Assembly: GCA_965662845.1 (NCBI GenBank)
Contig: CBFIJD010000004.1
Coordinates: 33,281-97,280, forward strand
Reading direction: 5' to 3'
DNA from: an uncultured bacterium
GTDB lineage: Bacteria > SAR324 > NAC60-12
DNA length: 64,000 nucleotides
How positions within the stretch are numbered: position 1 is the stretch's first letter; each line of letters begins with the position of its first letter. The translations under genes and the position numbers were made by a program. The notes beneath the pieces are model-generated. The model was not told the origin of the DNA and did no database searches. It worked only from the letters and a program-made list of their open reading frames with translations. Below, one piece after another: positions 9,298 through 17,904 of this stretch.

Positions 9298-10050
9298 TTG
9301 CAGACAGACCATTTGGCGGGGCGCGTTGCGCTCGTGACGGGGGGCGCAGGCGGGATTGGTTCGGCGATTTGTCAGGCGATCGCCGAGGCTGGCGGAAGAG
9401 TCATCGTCACCTATCACCGCAGTGCCGAGCGAGCAGAAGCGCTGCTGCAGGGGCTCGCGGGCGAGGGACACTCTGGCATGCAGGTGCGCGTGGACGACAG
9501 CCCAATGCTGACGCAGGTAGCCAGCGAAGTCTGGGGCACCTACGGCAAACTCGATCTGCTGGTAAACTGTGCCGGTACCACGCGCTTCGTTCCACATGAC
9601 GACCTCAACGCCTTAGACAACGACTTGATCGACGAGATCTTTCGCGTGAACTGGCGCGGCGCCTTCGCGACCATACGCGCGTTTCAGCCTCTGTTAGCGG
9701 AGAGTGACGACGCGCTGATCGTCAACATCTCGTCCATTGCCGCCGTCTCCGGCATGGGGAGCAACGTCGCTTATTGCGCGTCGAAGGCGGCGCTCGACTC
9801 CATGACACGCTCCCTCGCAAGGGCGCTGGCTCCCAACATTCGCGTGGTTTCGTTGTCTCCCGGCGTTGTCGAGACGGAGTTTATTCAGGGGCTCGACCCG
9901 GCTTGGCTCGAGACGCAACGTGCGCGCACGCCGCTCCAGCGCTTTGTCTCACCCGACGAGATCGGCGCGGCGGTCGTGCAGCTCTACACCACGCTCCGGT
10001 CGCTCACCGGCTGCATCCTCCCCATGGACAGCGGACGCCCGCTGGGGTGA
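9298..10050 (+). CDS. SDR family NAD(P)-dependent oxidoreductase
   Basis: TGGAGGIG, NCAG, catalytic S...YCASK; TTG start after GAGGT. Confidence 0.9.
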   Translation: MQTDHLAGRVALVTGGAGGIGSAICQAIAEAGGRVIVTYHRSAERAEALLQGLAGEGHSGMQVRVDDSPMLTQVASEVWGTYGKLDLLVNCAGTTRFVPHDDLNALDNDLIDEIFRVNWRGAFATIRAFQPLLAESDDALIVNISSIAAVSGMGSNVAYCASKAALDSMTRSLARALAPNIRVVSLSPGVVETEFIQGLDPAWLETQRARTPLQRFVSPDEIGAAVVQLYTTLRSLTGCILPMDSGRPLG

Positions 10051-10118
10051 ACCTTCCTCAAGCCCGATAGGTGCGACAATGGCGCGGCAGCAGCCGCACC
10101 GTCTCGCCCACGCTCCAG
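9901..10118. repeat. 218-bp direct repeat, copy 1 (3' end of SDR gene + 3' end of convergent ABC ATPase gene)
   Basis: Identical to 11749-11966 except G9981 versus A11829 (offset 1848). Confidence 0.97.
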
Positions 10119-10244
10119 CTTTTCCTGAGCAGACATCTGCGTATTGGTTTTTCAATCCTTCAACGAGCTTGCGCGTTGTTATCGTCGATGGCTTCTCTCG
10201 GTTCGACTGTGCGGGTGTCCTGAAGGTCATTTTTAAACCAACTA

Positions 10245-10385
10245 TCAATTTTGCCCTGGCTTTGAAATCTGCGTCGCCCGAACCCCTATTTTCTTATGAC
10301 CGAGGTAAGGTGCTACGATTTTTTCTATAAAAATCTGCTCTGTCTTACCCTCAACGATGGCGACAACCTCAATGTAATTCCTCAT
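10245..10385 (-). pseudogene. Truncated DUF4276/TOPRIM-like partner of the AAA ATPase (46 aa)
   Basis: ATG overlaps the ATPase 3' end. Translates MRNYIEVVAIVEGKTEQIFIEKIVAPYLGHKKIGVRATQISKPGQN*, with the TOPRIM-type VEGxTE motif, then stops. Confidence 0.7.
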
Positions 10386-11505
10386 AGACCGGGCCTCCAT
10401 CAATCACATTTTTAGTCCAGAGCTCACCAACAGAATAGTCTTCCAACCAAGTTGTGAAATCCTCTTCCTTCAGTCGCCGGAAGGTGGATGCGCCACTTTC
10501 ACGATTCACAACGATAACATCCTCAATGGCAAATTGATCAATAAGCGCAGGAGACTGGGTAGCCACAATAACCTGAGTTCGTTTGGCTGCAGCCTGAATC
10601 AGCTCCGCCAGCACCACAATCGCGGCTGGATGCAGTCCCAATTCCGGCTCATCAATCACGATCGTAGAAGGCGGACGCGGTTGCAGTAGCGCAGTGGCAA
10701 GGCAGATAAAGCGAATGGAACCGTCTGAAAGGTGATAGGACTGCATCGGAAAATCCGATCCTTTCTGGTTCCAGCTCAGACGGACTTTTTCGGCCTCACC
10801 CAGTTTTTGTACATCCAGCCGGAAATCATCAAAGAAGGGTATGACCAGACGGACAGCATCAACAATACGTTGATAGTAATCAGGTTCAGAATCTTTAAGC
10901 TCCAATAAAAAAGGAGCAATATTCGCAGCATCTCCTCTCAACTTGTGGAAATCTTCCACGATCTCTGAACGCCGCATGGGCGCATTGGCACTGGTGTCAT
11001 GAAAGTGGTAAACCATCCAGTTGGAGATGGATTCATAGACAAAATGTCCAACGCCATGCCATTGGCCATCCATCGATTTTTCGTTGCGCTCATCATACAA
11101 ACGGCTTTCATCTGATGCGCTCCCATAAGAGCGCCAATTTGTAGATACACATTTACGCTGCTCACTGATCAAAAATTTCTCATCCGCTGTTGGTGTCAGC
11201 TCAAACTTATACGAATTGGTCCCTGTTGCATGATCACTGAGCGAAGCAAATTCAAATTCCATATTGATGCTCGGCGTCACTTTTGGACCATTAAAAAGGA
11301 AGTTGTCAGCACCGCCACGTTCGAGAATAAACTTGCTGAAATTTTTCTCTGTCATCGCCATCAGCATGCGGAAAATCTGTACAAAGTTACTCTTTCCCGC
11401 ACCGTTCGCACCGATAATCACATTCAGATCGCCCAGCTTGAATTCGTTGAGGTCTTTGATAGATTTAAACCCCCTTATGGTCAATTTATCTAAAGACCCT
11501 TTCAT
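10369..11505 (-). CDS. ABC-type AAA ATPase (AAA_21/COG4637-like, SMC/OLD-related), putative defence-system ATPase
   Basis: IRGFKSI, Walker A GANGAGKS, signature LSDG, Walker B/D-loop IVIDEPELGLHP, ATQSP; GGAGG RBS at 11513-11517. Confidence 0.85.
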   Translation of the reverse strand: MKGSLDKLTIRGFKSIKDLNEFKLGDLNVIIGANGAGKSNFVQIFRMLMAMTEKNFSKFILERGGADNFLFNGPKVTPSINMEFEFASLSDHATGTNSYKFELTPTADEKFLISEQRKCVSTNWRSYGSASDESRLYDERNEKSMDGQWHGVGHFVYESISNWMVYHFHDTSANAPMRRSEIVEDFHKLRGDAANIAPFLLELKDSEPDYYQRIVDAVRLVIPFFDDFRLDVQKLGEAEKVRLSWNQKGSDFPMQSYHLSDGSIRFICLATALLQPRPPSTIVIDEPELGLHPAAIVVLAELIQAAAKRTQVIVATQSPALIDQFAIEDVIVVNRESGASTFRRLKEEDFTTWLEDYSVGELWTKNVIDGGPVYEELH

Positions 11506-11524
11506 GGAATAACCTCCGAATTAT

Positions 11525-11552
11525 TTCTGTGTATTCCGTGTATTCTGTGGTT
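11525..11552. repeat. 9-bp-period short tandem repeat TTC(T/C)GTGTA x2 + TTCTGTGGTT
   Basis: Read directly: ttctgtgta ttccgtgta ttctgtggtt; 20 bp upstream of the ATPase start. Confidence 0.8.
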
Positions 11553-11599
11553 CATAAAATTCGAGTGTCTTCCAGGTTTGTGCTGACTCGAGCCGTCCT

Positions 11600-11766
11600 T
11601 GGGGCACGTCCAAATCCGCTGTCCTGCGATTTTGTCTCGTTGTCCACGCAAAGTCGATGGAGGCGTCATCCGAGGCGTAGAGCACCACCCGGTGCTGGCG
11701 GTAGATGCGCAAGCAGAGTCGCTGGTTGCCCGTGAGTACGTTGATGGTGCTTGGCTCGAGACGCAA
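11600..11766 (-). pseudogene. Decayed fragment, possibly of a prophage/ICE-type class II glutamine amidotransferase-like gene
   Basis: Translates RLEPSTINVLTGNQRLCLRIYRQHRVVLYASDDASIDFA, then an apparent frameshift. Family assignment is from memory of similar proteins only. Confidence 0.4.
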
Positions 11767-11966
11767 CGTGCGCGCACGCCGCTCCAGCGCTTTGTCTCAC
11801 CCGACGAGATCGGCGCGGCGGTCGTGCAACTCTACACCACGCTCCGGTCGCTCACCGGCTGCATCCTCCCCATGGACAGCGGACGCCCGCTGGGGTGAAC
11901 CTTCCTCAAGCCCGATAGGTGCGACAATGGCGCGGCAGCAGCCGCACCGTCTCGCCCACGCTCCAG
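11749..11966. repeat. 218-bp direct repeat, copy 2
   Basis: Matches 9901-10118 with one mismatch; contains the functional 3' end of the ABC ATPase gene. Confidence 0.97.
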
Positions 11967-12976
11967 TCGCTGCGAGAAGAGACGCTGACCCGCAAGCGCA
12001 GAGCGTTGTCAAAGCGCACAGAGAGGACCTTGCGCTCACCGTGAAAAGAGACGTCCTCCAGCACCGCTACGCGTCTCGCGACCTCGGGAGCGCGGACGAC
12101 TGCGATGTCCTCTAGCCGGCACATCCACAGCTGGTCGCGCATTTGAGGCTCGTGCGCGAAAGCCTCGACGCCTAACGCTTCCCAGACTTGCAGCAGCGGC
12201 AGCAGGTTCGCCTCTCCCACAAACGAGGCGACCCACGCGGTCGCAGGCTCATGATAAACCGCCTCCGGTGTGCCCGCCTGCACCACTTTTCCCGCCGACA
12301 AGAGCACCATCCGATCCGCGAAAGTGTAGGCTTCGGCTTGGTCGTGTGTCACCAAAATCGCGCTGACCTGGGCTTCGCGTAGAATGTCGCGGATGTCCTG
12401 CCGAATCTGCACCCGCAGCCGATAGTCTAAGCTGTTGAAGGGCTCATCTAAGAGCAGCAAACGTGGCGCAGGGGCCAGAGCGCGGGCAATCGCGATGCGC
12501 TGCTGCTCTCCGCCAGAGAGTTGATGCGGCATTTTCTCTTCGGTGCCAGAGAGCTCGACCAGCTCCAGCATCTCCGCCACACGGCGTCTCTGCTCCGCGC
12601 GAGGCCCTCGCAGACCGAAGCTCACATTTTCATACACGTTCAGGTGCGGAAACAGCGCGATGTCTTGGAACACCATGCCCACGCGGCGTTTCTCTGGAGG
12701 AACCATGCGCTGCGGTGTGCTCATCACCTCTCCGCCAAGCGTGATAGTCCCTTGCTGCGGCTGATCCAGCCCAGCGATCAGGTTCAACAGCGTGGACTTC
12801 CCACAACCTGACGGCCCCAAAATCGAGAGCAACTCCTGCGGCTGAAGCTCTAAGCTGACGCCATCCACAGGCCGCACATTGGGGTAATGGCGCACCAAGT
12901 TGTGGCACTGCAGCAAAAACTCAGAGTCGGTCGGTACGTTCGATTTTCGGCGAAAGAAAGGCATAGCGAGGGGCAT
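11906..12976 (-). CDS. ABC transporter ATP-binding protein (FbpC/PotA-like, Fe3+/polyamine class)
   Basis: GPSGCGKS, VFQDIALFPHL, LSGGEQQR, LLLDEPF, VTHDQ. Start is ATG 12976 or 12964. Confidence 0.88.
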   Translation of the reverse strand: MPLAMPFFRRKSNVPTDSEFLLQCHNLVRHYPNVRPVDGVSLELQPQELLSILGPSGCGKSTLLNLIAGLDQPQQGTITLGGEVMSTPQRMVPPEKRRVGMVFQDIALFPHLNVYENVSFGLRGPRAEQRRRVAEMLELVELSGTEEKMPHQLSGGEQQRIAIARALAPAPRLLLLDEPFNSLDYRLRVQIRQDIRDILREAQVSAILVTHDQAEAYTFADRMVLLSAGKVVQAGTPEAVYHEPATAWVASFVGEANLLPLLQVWEALGVEAFAHEPQMRDQLWMCRLEDIAVVRAPEVARRVAVLEDVSFHGERKVLSVRFDNALRLRVSVSSRSDWSVGETVRLLPRHCRTYRA

Positions 12977-13004
12977 CAGAGCGCGGAGCGCGTTGAAGAA
13001 AAAT

Positions 13005-14693
13005 TCAGTTCGGCTCGGCGGAGAGCTTCTGTTGAGAGCGCTTGCGCATTTCACGCGCGAGCTTGAGCGTTTGAGGCGTGATCTCCGTCCCTCCCATCAG
13101 GCGCGCAAGCTCTTGGATCGCCTCTTGCGCAGAGAGTTGCTGAATCGCGGTGAAGGTTTTGTCGTCCACCACGGACTTGCTCACGGCATAGTGCTGCTGC
13201 GAGAACGCGGCGATTTGCGGCAAATGCGTGATGCAGAGCGTTTGCTGGCGCTTGCCGAGAGACGCAAGCTTGAGTCCCACGATCTCGGCGACTCGCCCGC
13301 TGATGCCTGTGTCCACTTCGTCAAAAATCAGCGTCTCGACCGTGTCAGACGTCAGGATTGTCTGAATCGCGAGCATCACCCGTGAGAGTTCCCCCCCTGA
13401 GGCAACTCGGGCGAGCGGGCGCGGTTCTTGGCCGGGATTGACCGAGAGCAGAAACTCCACGCGGTCTGAGCCCAGCGCCGTGATCTCTGCGGCGTTGACC
13501 TGAATTTCGGTGGCAAAGATGGCTTTCTCCATCCCCAGCTCGCGCAGCTCTCTCTGAATCGCGGCATCAAGCTTGAGGGCCGCTTGCTGGCGGTTTTGTG
13601 AGAGCTCTTGGGCGTGGGCTTGCAGCGTTTGGTACAGCGCGGCGATGCGTTGATCGAGCGCTTCCGCGTCTTCTTCTAAGTGCTCTAAGGCGTCGAGTTC
13701 TTGACGCAGAGTTCGCAGCAAATTTGCCAAGTCTGCAGCCGACTCGACACGGTATTTGCGCTGGAGACTCTGCAAATCGCTGAGCCGATCATTGACCCAA
13801 GCCAGCCGCGAGGGATTGTCTTCGATGCGGTCGGCGCGTCTCGCCAGACCTTGGTGCAGCTCCTCGACTTGGACGAGGCAGGCTTCCAAGGTCTCGAGCA
13901 TCTCGCCGCAGGCAGGGTCGAGGCGCGCGGCGTCAAGCATGCTGCGGCGCACGACGCTGAGCACTTCGGTCGCGGAGCCTTCTTCTTCGTAGAGCGCCGC
14001 CTGCATCTGTGCATAGAGCCCCATCAATTGCTCGGCGTGGCTCAGCAGCTGGGCTTCGGCTTCAAGCTCTCGGTCTTCATCGGCTTGGGGGTTCAGCGTT
14101 TCCAGCTCGGTGCACTGCGCTTCGAGCAGTAGCTGGCGTTCGGTTCTCGCGTTCAGCCGCGACGCCCACTCTTTGCGCTCCCGCGTGGCCTTTTGCCACT
14201 GCTGATGACTCTCGCGGACCGTGTGACGGAGCGACGAGAGGCCGGCGAAGGCGTCCAGAAATGCCAGATGCCGCGAGGGGTCGAGCAGGGACTGGTTGTC
14301 GTGTTGCCCGTGAATGTGCAGCAGCTGCGGCCCAATCTGGGAGAGCAGGGTCTGCGTCACCGAGGTGTTGTTGATGAGGCGCTTCTGGCGGCTTTTGTGG
14401 GTGAGCACGCGGCGCACGATCAGCTCGTCTTCCACAGGGATCTCAGCCTGCGCGAGCTGGGCTTGGAGCTGCGGCTGGTTCTGGATGTCAAACACCGCCT
14501 CGACTTGAGCCTGCGCGGCGCCGTGTCGGATCAAGCCGAAGTCCGCTTTGCCCCCCAAGATCAACTGAATCGCGTCGATCATGATGGACTTCCCCGCGCC
14601 GGTTTCGCCGGTCACGATGGAGAAGCCGCTGGAGAAGTCGACCTCCAGCGCTTCAATCGTCGCGAGGTTGGTGATGCGCAGTTGCAGGAGCAT
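13005..14693 (-). CDS. recN: DNA repair protein RecN
   Basis: TGETGAGKS, IHGQHD, VASGGELSR, LIFDEVDTGISG, CITHLPQIA; 562 aa. Confidence 0.96.
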   Translation of the reverse strand: MLLQLRITNLATIEALEVDFSSGFSIVTGETGAGKSIMIDAIQLILGGKADFGLIRHGAAQAQVEAVFDIQNQPQLQAQLAQAEIPVEDELIVRRVLTHKSRQKRLINNTSVTQTLLSQIGPQLLHIHGQHDNQSLLDPSRHLAFLDAFAGLSSLRHTVRESHQQWQKATRERKEWASRLNARTERQLLLEAQCTELETLNPQADEDRELEAEAQLLSHAEQLMGLYAQMQAALYEEEGSATEVLSVVRRSMLDAARLDPACGEMLETLEACLVQVEELHQGLARRADRIEDNPSRLAWVNDRLSDLQSLQRKYRVESAADLANLLRTLRQELDALEHLEEDAEALDQRIAALYQTLQAHAQELSQNRQQAALKLDAAIQRELRELGMEKAIFATEIQVNAAEITALGSDRVEFLLSVNPGQEPRPLARVASGGELSRVMLAIQTILTSDTVETLIFDEVDTGISGRVAEIVGLKLASLGKRQQTLCITHLPQIAAFSQQHYAVSKSVVDDKTFTAIQQLSAQEAIQELARLMGGTEITPQTLKLAREMRKRSQQKLSAEPN

Positions 14694-14711
14694 GGCGAGG
14701 CGGGGGGCGGC

Positions 14712-15809
14712 TCAGTACAAATCGTCGAGCGAGGCGACGACGTTGTCCGCAATCTGACGGAAAGCTTTGATGGCGGGGGTGTCTTTGTCAGGCTGGCTCA
14801 TGATCGGCGCGCCTTGGTCGCCGCCTTCGCGCACGTCGAGTTCGATGGGGATCGCGCCTAGGAAGGGGACTTGGTACTTCTTGCTGGCTTCCCGAGCGCC
14901 GTGTTGGCTGAAAATCGGGGTCTCTGTCCCGCAGTGCGGACACGCGAAGAAGCTCATGTTTTCGACGATGCCGACGATGGGGATGTCGACTTTGGAGAAC
15001 ATCGTGATGGCTTTGTAGGCGTCCACGAGCGCGACGTCCTGTGGCGTCGAGACCACGACCGCGCCGGCGAGTTCACAGAGCTGAGAGATGCTCAGTTGCA
15101 CGTCTCCGGTTCCGGGGGGCATGTCAATGATCATCAAGTCGCCACCGGGCCACTCGGTGTCGCGCAGCAGCTGCTCAATCGCTTGGTGGACCATGGGCCC
15201 GCGCCAGACCATCGCCGCGTCGTCGTCGATCAAGTTCCCAATCGACATCGCCGTCAGCCCCTTGAACTCCAGTGGCCTCAGCGACTGCTCTTTAAGCTCC
15301 GGCTTCACGCCCCGCAGCCCGGTCATAATCGGGAAGCTCGGCCCGTAGATGTCGGCGTCAAAGAAGCTGACAGAGAACCCTTTCTGCTGCAGCGCCAAGG
15401 CTAGGTTTAGCGAGACCGTTGACTTGCCCACGCCGCCTTTGCCGCTCGCGACGGCGATCACCGCGTCATAGTTTTGCAGATAAGCGGTTCGTTGCGGTTG
15501 GCGCGCCCGACGCTGCGCTTCGCCGGTTGGGGGTTGTGAAGTCTGCGCTTCGTCTTCATCCTCGTCGGCCGGCGGCTCTTCTACGATCTCGACAGCCACG
15601 CGGTTGATGGACGGGATGGACTGCACTTCTTCTTCAATCTGGACGGGGAGCACTTGGCGGAGCCGCGACTGCAACGGCAGGACGAGCGTCAGCTTTGCGA
15701 AGTCGTCGTTTACGAGGCAGCTGTGGACAATGTCGGTCTCGGTGAGGGGTTTCCCTTCGACTTCAATGCGCCCAAGCGCGGCGGCAAACTGTTGTTCCAA
15801 AGATTCCAT
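14712..15809 (-). CDS. mrp: Mrp/ApbC/NBP35 family Fe-S cluster carrier ATPase
   Basis: SGKGGVGKST, DADIYGPS, WRGPM, DMPPGTGD, ENMS..CPHC; likely start MESLEQQ. Confidence 0.92.
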   Translation of the reverse strand: MESLEQQFAAALGRIEVEGKPLTETDIVHSCLVNDDFAKLTLVLPLQSRLRQVLPVQIEEEVQSIPSINRVAVEIVEEPPADEDEDEAQTSQPPTGEAQRRARQPQRTAYLQNYDAVIAVASGKGGVGKSTVSLNLALALQQKGFSVSFFDADIYGPSFPIMTGLRGVKPELKEQSLRPLEFKGLTAMSIGNLIDDDAAMVWRGPMVHQAIEQLLRDTEWPGGDLMIIDMPPGTGDVQLSISQLCELAGAVVVSTPQDVALVDAYKAITMFSKVDIPIVGIVENMSFFACPHCGTETPIFSQHGAREASKKYQVPFLGAIPIELDVREGGDQGAPIMSQPDKDTPAIKAFRQIADNVVASLDDLY

Positions 15810-15819
15810 GCGGCGTTCC

Positions 15820-16530
15820 TTAGCTGGGTTGATAGGCGACGTGTACGGTTGAAGCGCCAAACACGAAGTCGTAGTAATCGGCTTGCTGAAATCCCATTTC
15901 GAGCAAGATGCGTTTGAGGGACTCTTGGTCGGGGTAGCGCACCGACGATTGTGGCAGGTATGTGAACATCTCTTGTCCGGACATCAGCCATTGTCCCATG
16001 CGAGGGACGATCGTGAAGAAGTAAAAGCGGCTCAAGTGGTCGATGACCGGCAAACGAACTTTGCCTACATCCAAGCTAACCAAGACCCCCCCGGGTTGCA
16101 AGACGCGCCGAATTTCGCGCAAGCCTTGGCGCAAATCGCTGAGATTGCGCAACCCATAGCCCACCGTGACCGCAGCGAAGTGCCCCGCAGGGAAGGGCAG
16201 CTGCAGCGCGTCGCCGCGAATGTAGGTGATGTCGCCGGTGTTGCGCTCTGCGGCGATGGCGAGCATGTCCCGCGCAAAGTCTACCCCGACGACTTCCACG
16301 TCAGGGTGCTGTTTGCGGATGGCGCGCGCGATGTCTCCCGTCCCACAACACAGATCAAGGCAGCGCTCGCCAGCGCGGAGCCCGGTTTGACGGGCCACAA
16401 AACGCTTCCAATAGCGATGCATCCCGAAGGTAATCAGGTCGTTGAAGCGGTCATAAGCTCGGGCGATCTCGTTGAACTTGGCGTTTACATAAGCAGCTTT
16501 CTGCGCCGCGTCGGGCATTTGGTAGCTCAC
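15820..16530 (-). CDS. ubiE: UbiE/MenG family quinone C-methyltransferase
   Basis: FNEIARAYDRFNDLITFGMHRYWK, DLCCGTGD, GDALQLPF, GYGLRN, RVLQPGG. Confidence 0.88.
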   Translation of the reverse strand: MSYQMPDAAQKAAYVNAKFNEIARAYDRFNDLITFGMHRYWKRFVARQTGLRAGERCLDLCCGTGDIARAIRKQHPDVEVVGVDFARDMLAIAAERNTGDITYIRGDALQLPFPAGHFAAVTVGYGLRNLSDLRQGLREIRRVLQPGGVLVSLDVGKVRLPVIDHLSRFYFFTIVPRMGQWLMSGQEMFTYLPQSSVRYPDQESLKRILLEMGFQQADYYDFVFGASTVHVAYQPS

Positions 16531-17882
16531 GCGACCTCTGGAGTGTGGCGGTTGACGACTTCGTGCATCCAGCGCAGGGACTGCAACGCGAAGTACAGCT
16601 GGTGTCCTTTTTTGCTGAAGAACGGATTCCCACGGACGATCTGATGCTGCGTAGCCGGCTCCCAGCTCAAGGCGGAAGACGTCGCTAGCGCTAGGTGGCA
16701 GAGCCCGTTCTTGTGGCTGTGGCGTTCTCCGGAGATGGGGCCGGCCATACCGGTCTCTGACAAGACCCAGTCAGCTTGCATTTGTAATTGGGCGATCTCT
16801 GCGAGCGAGCGCGCCATCTCTTCTGAGACGTTCGCTTCATCGTCACGGAGCTTACGCCCGAGCAGTCGTTCTTTTTCGTGCTTCCCATACGCGACGAGCC
16901 CCCCCACAAAAAACTCTGACGCGCCCGTCAAGCTCACCCAAACCGCAGACAATCGACCTCCTGTGGTTGTCTCAACTACACCGAAGCGCGCCGCCAAGCC
17001 TTGCGCTGCTCGCCTGCGGAGCAAGCGGAGGAAGGCGCGCGCGGTCGCCTCAAGCTCTTGTTCCAGCTGCCAGCAGTGCTGTTCCCACTCGTTCATCGCG
17101 ACCTGCAAGTCTCGCGAACAGAACAGCTCTCGCTCGCGCATCAGCTGAATCGCGTTCGCTGAGAGGAACCGGTCTAATCGATGCTGCGCTTGAACCGCGC
17201 GACGGATCAGCGTGGAGGAGAGAAACAAAAACGGGCGCAGCTCGACGGGGAGCAGCTCTGGATGCAAAATCGAATGTTTGAGCGTTACGCCTCGCTGCTC
17301 TGGCAACATGGCCAGCGCCTCTGTCGCGTCCGATTCAGGGCGAGGGACGACGAGCAGGTGTGATGGCTCAGCGAGGTCCAGCAGGTCGGTCTCGCCAAAG
17401 ATGTGAGGGAGGAGCATCCGCTCGGCGAGGTCGGCGCCAATCAGGACTTTGACAGCGTTCGGGCTGCGGCTCTCCAGCGAAGACTGCTGCCAGATGTAGC
17501 GTACGTGATCCGCGAGGCGATAGGTCAGCTCTTGTTGGAACTCTAGCGTAGAGATCTGTAGCTCGACGGTAGGCAAGCGTAGGGGATCTGTCAGAGACGT
17601 GGCGTGTGCGACGGGGAAGACCGGCGGGGTGGCGCGGACGTCTGCGAGCAGCCGCTGTAGGAGCGCGAGGCGCAGGTGTTTTTCAGGGATCTGCTGGCGC
17701 TTGGTGGGGTCAGGGTGGTTGCCGTTGGAGAGGATGAAGACGACGCGCGCGATCTCAGGGAACTGGCGCAGCGCGATCTCGGTCACAAGCAGATGATGAA
17801 AGCCCGCAGGGTTCCCCGTGAGTGGAAAGAAGAGCGTGTCGCGCAGATCGTACACCGGCGCATCCGACAGAGCGGGGTTCAT
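16527..17882 (-). CDS. Fusion: NadD-like nucleotidyltransferase + CinA-C/PncC (NMN deamidase) domain
   Basis: N-half: TGNPAGFHH, IGAD, VVPRP, LSSTLIR (NadD-like). C-half: VETTTGG, GAS.FF.GG..AY...K, SETGMAGP (PncC-like). Start taken as ATG 17882. Confidence 0.75.
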   Translation of the reverse strand: MNPALSDAPVYDLRDTLFFPLTGNPAGFHHLLVTEIALRQFPEIARVVFILSNGNHPDPTKRQQIPEKHLRLALLQRLLADVRATPPVFPVAHATSLTDPLRLPTVELQISTLEFQQELTYRLADHVRYIWQQSSLESRSPNAVKVLIGADLAERMLLPHIFGETDLLDLAEPSHLLVVPRPESDATEALAMLPEQRGVTLKHSILHPELLPVELRPFLFLSSTLIRRAVQAQHRLDRFLSANAIQLMRERELFCSRDLQVAMNEWEQHCWQLEQELEATARAFLRLLRRRAAQGLAARFGVVETTTGGRLSAVWVSLTGASEFFVGGLVAYGKHEKERLLGRKLRDDEANVSEEMARSLAEIAQLQMQADWVLSETGMAGPISGERHSHKNGLCHLALATSSALSWEPATQHQIVRGNPFFSKKGHQLYFALQSLRWMHEVVNRHTPEVA

Positions 17883-17904
17883 GTTGTTGCCAACTGAGAG
17901 GAGC

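Larger units (their letters stand above)
10119..11748. mobile_element. 1.63-kb foreign insert / mini genomic island between direct repeats (no integrase or transposase)
   Basis: Bounded by the 218-bp direct repeats. The central part is visibly AT-richer than the flanks. Contains an ATPase and truncated gene pieces. Confidence 0.7.

Noticed and set aside
10119..11748. IS element or prophage
   Set aside because: No transposase, integrase, terminal inverted repeats or phage structural genes were seen.
11599..11898. 99-aa ORF ending in the SDR C-terminus, as a second SDR gene
   Set aside because: It is a chance fusion created by repeat copy 2 and lacks the Rossmann and catalytic motifs.
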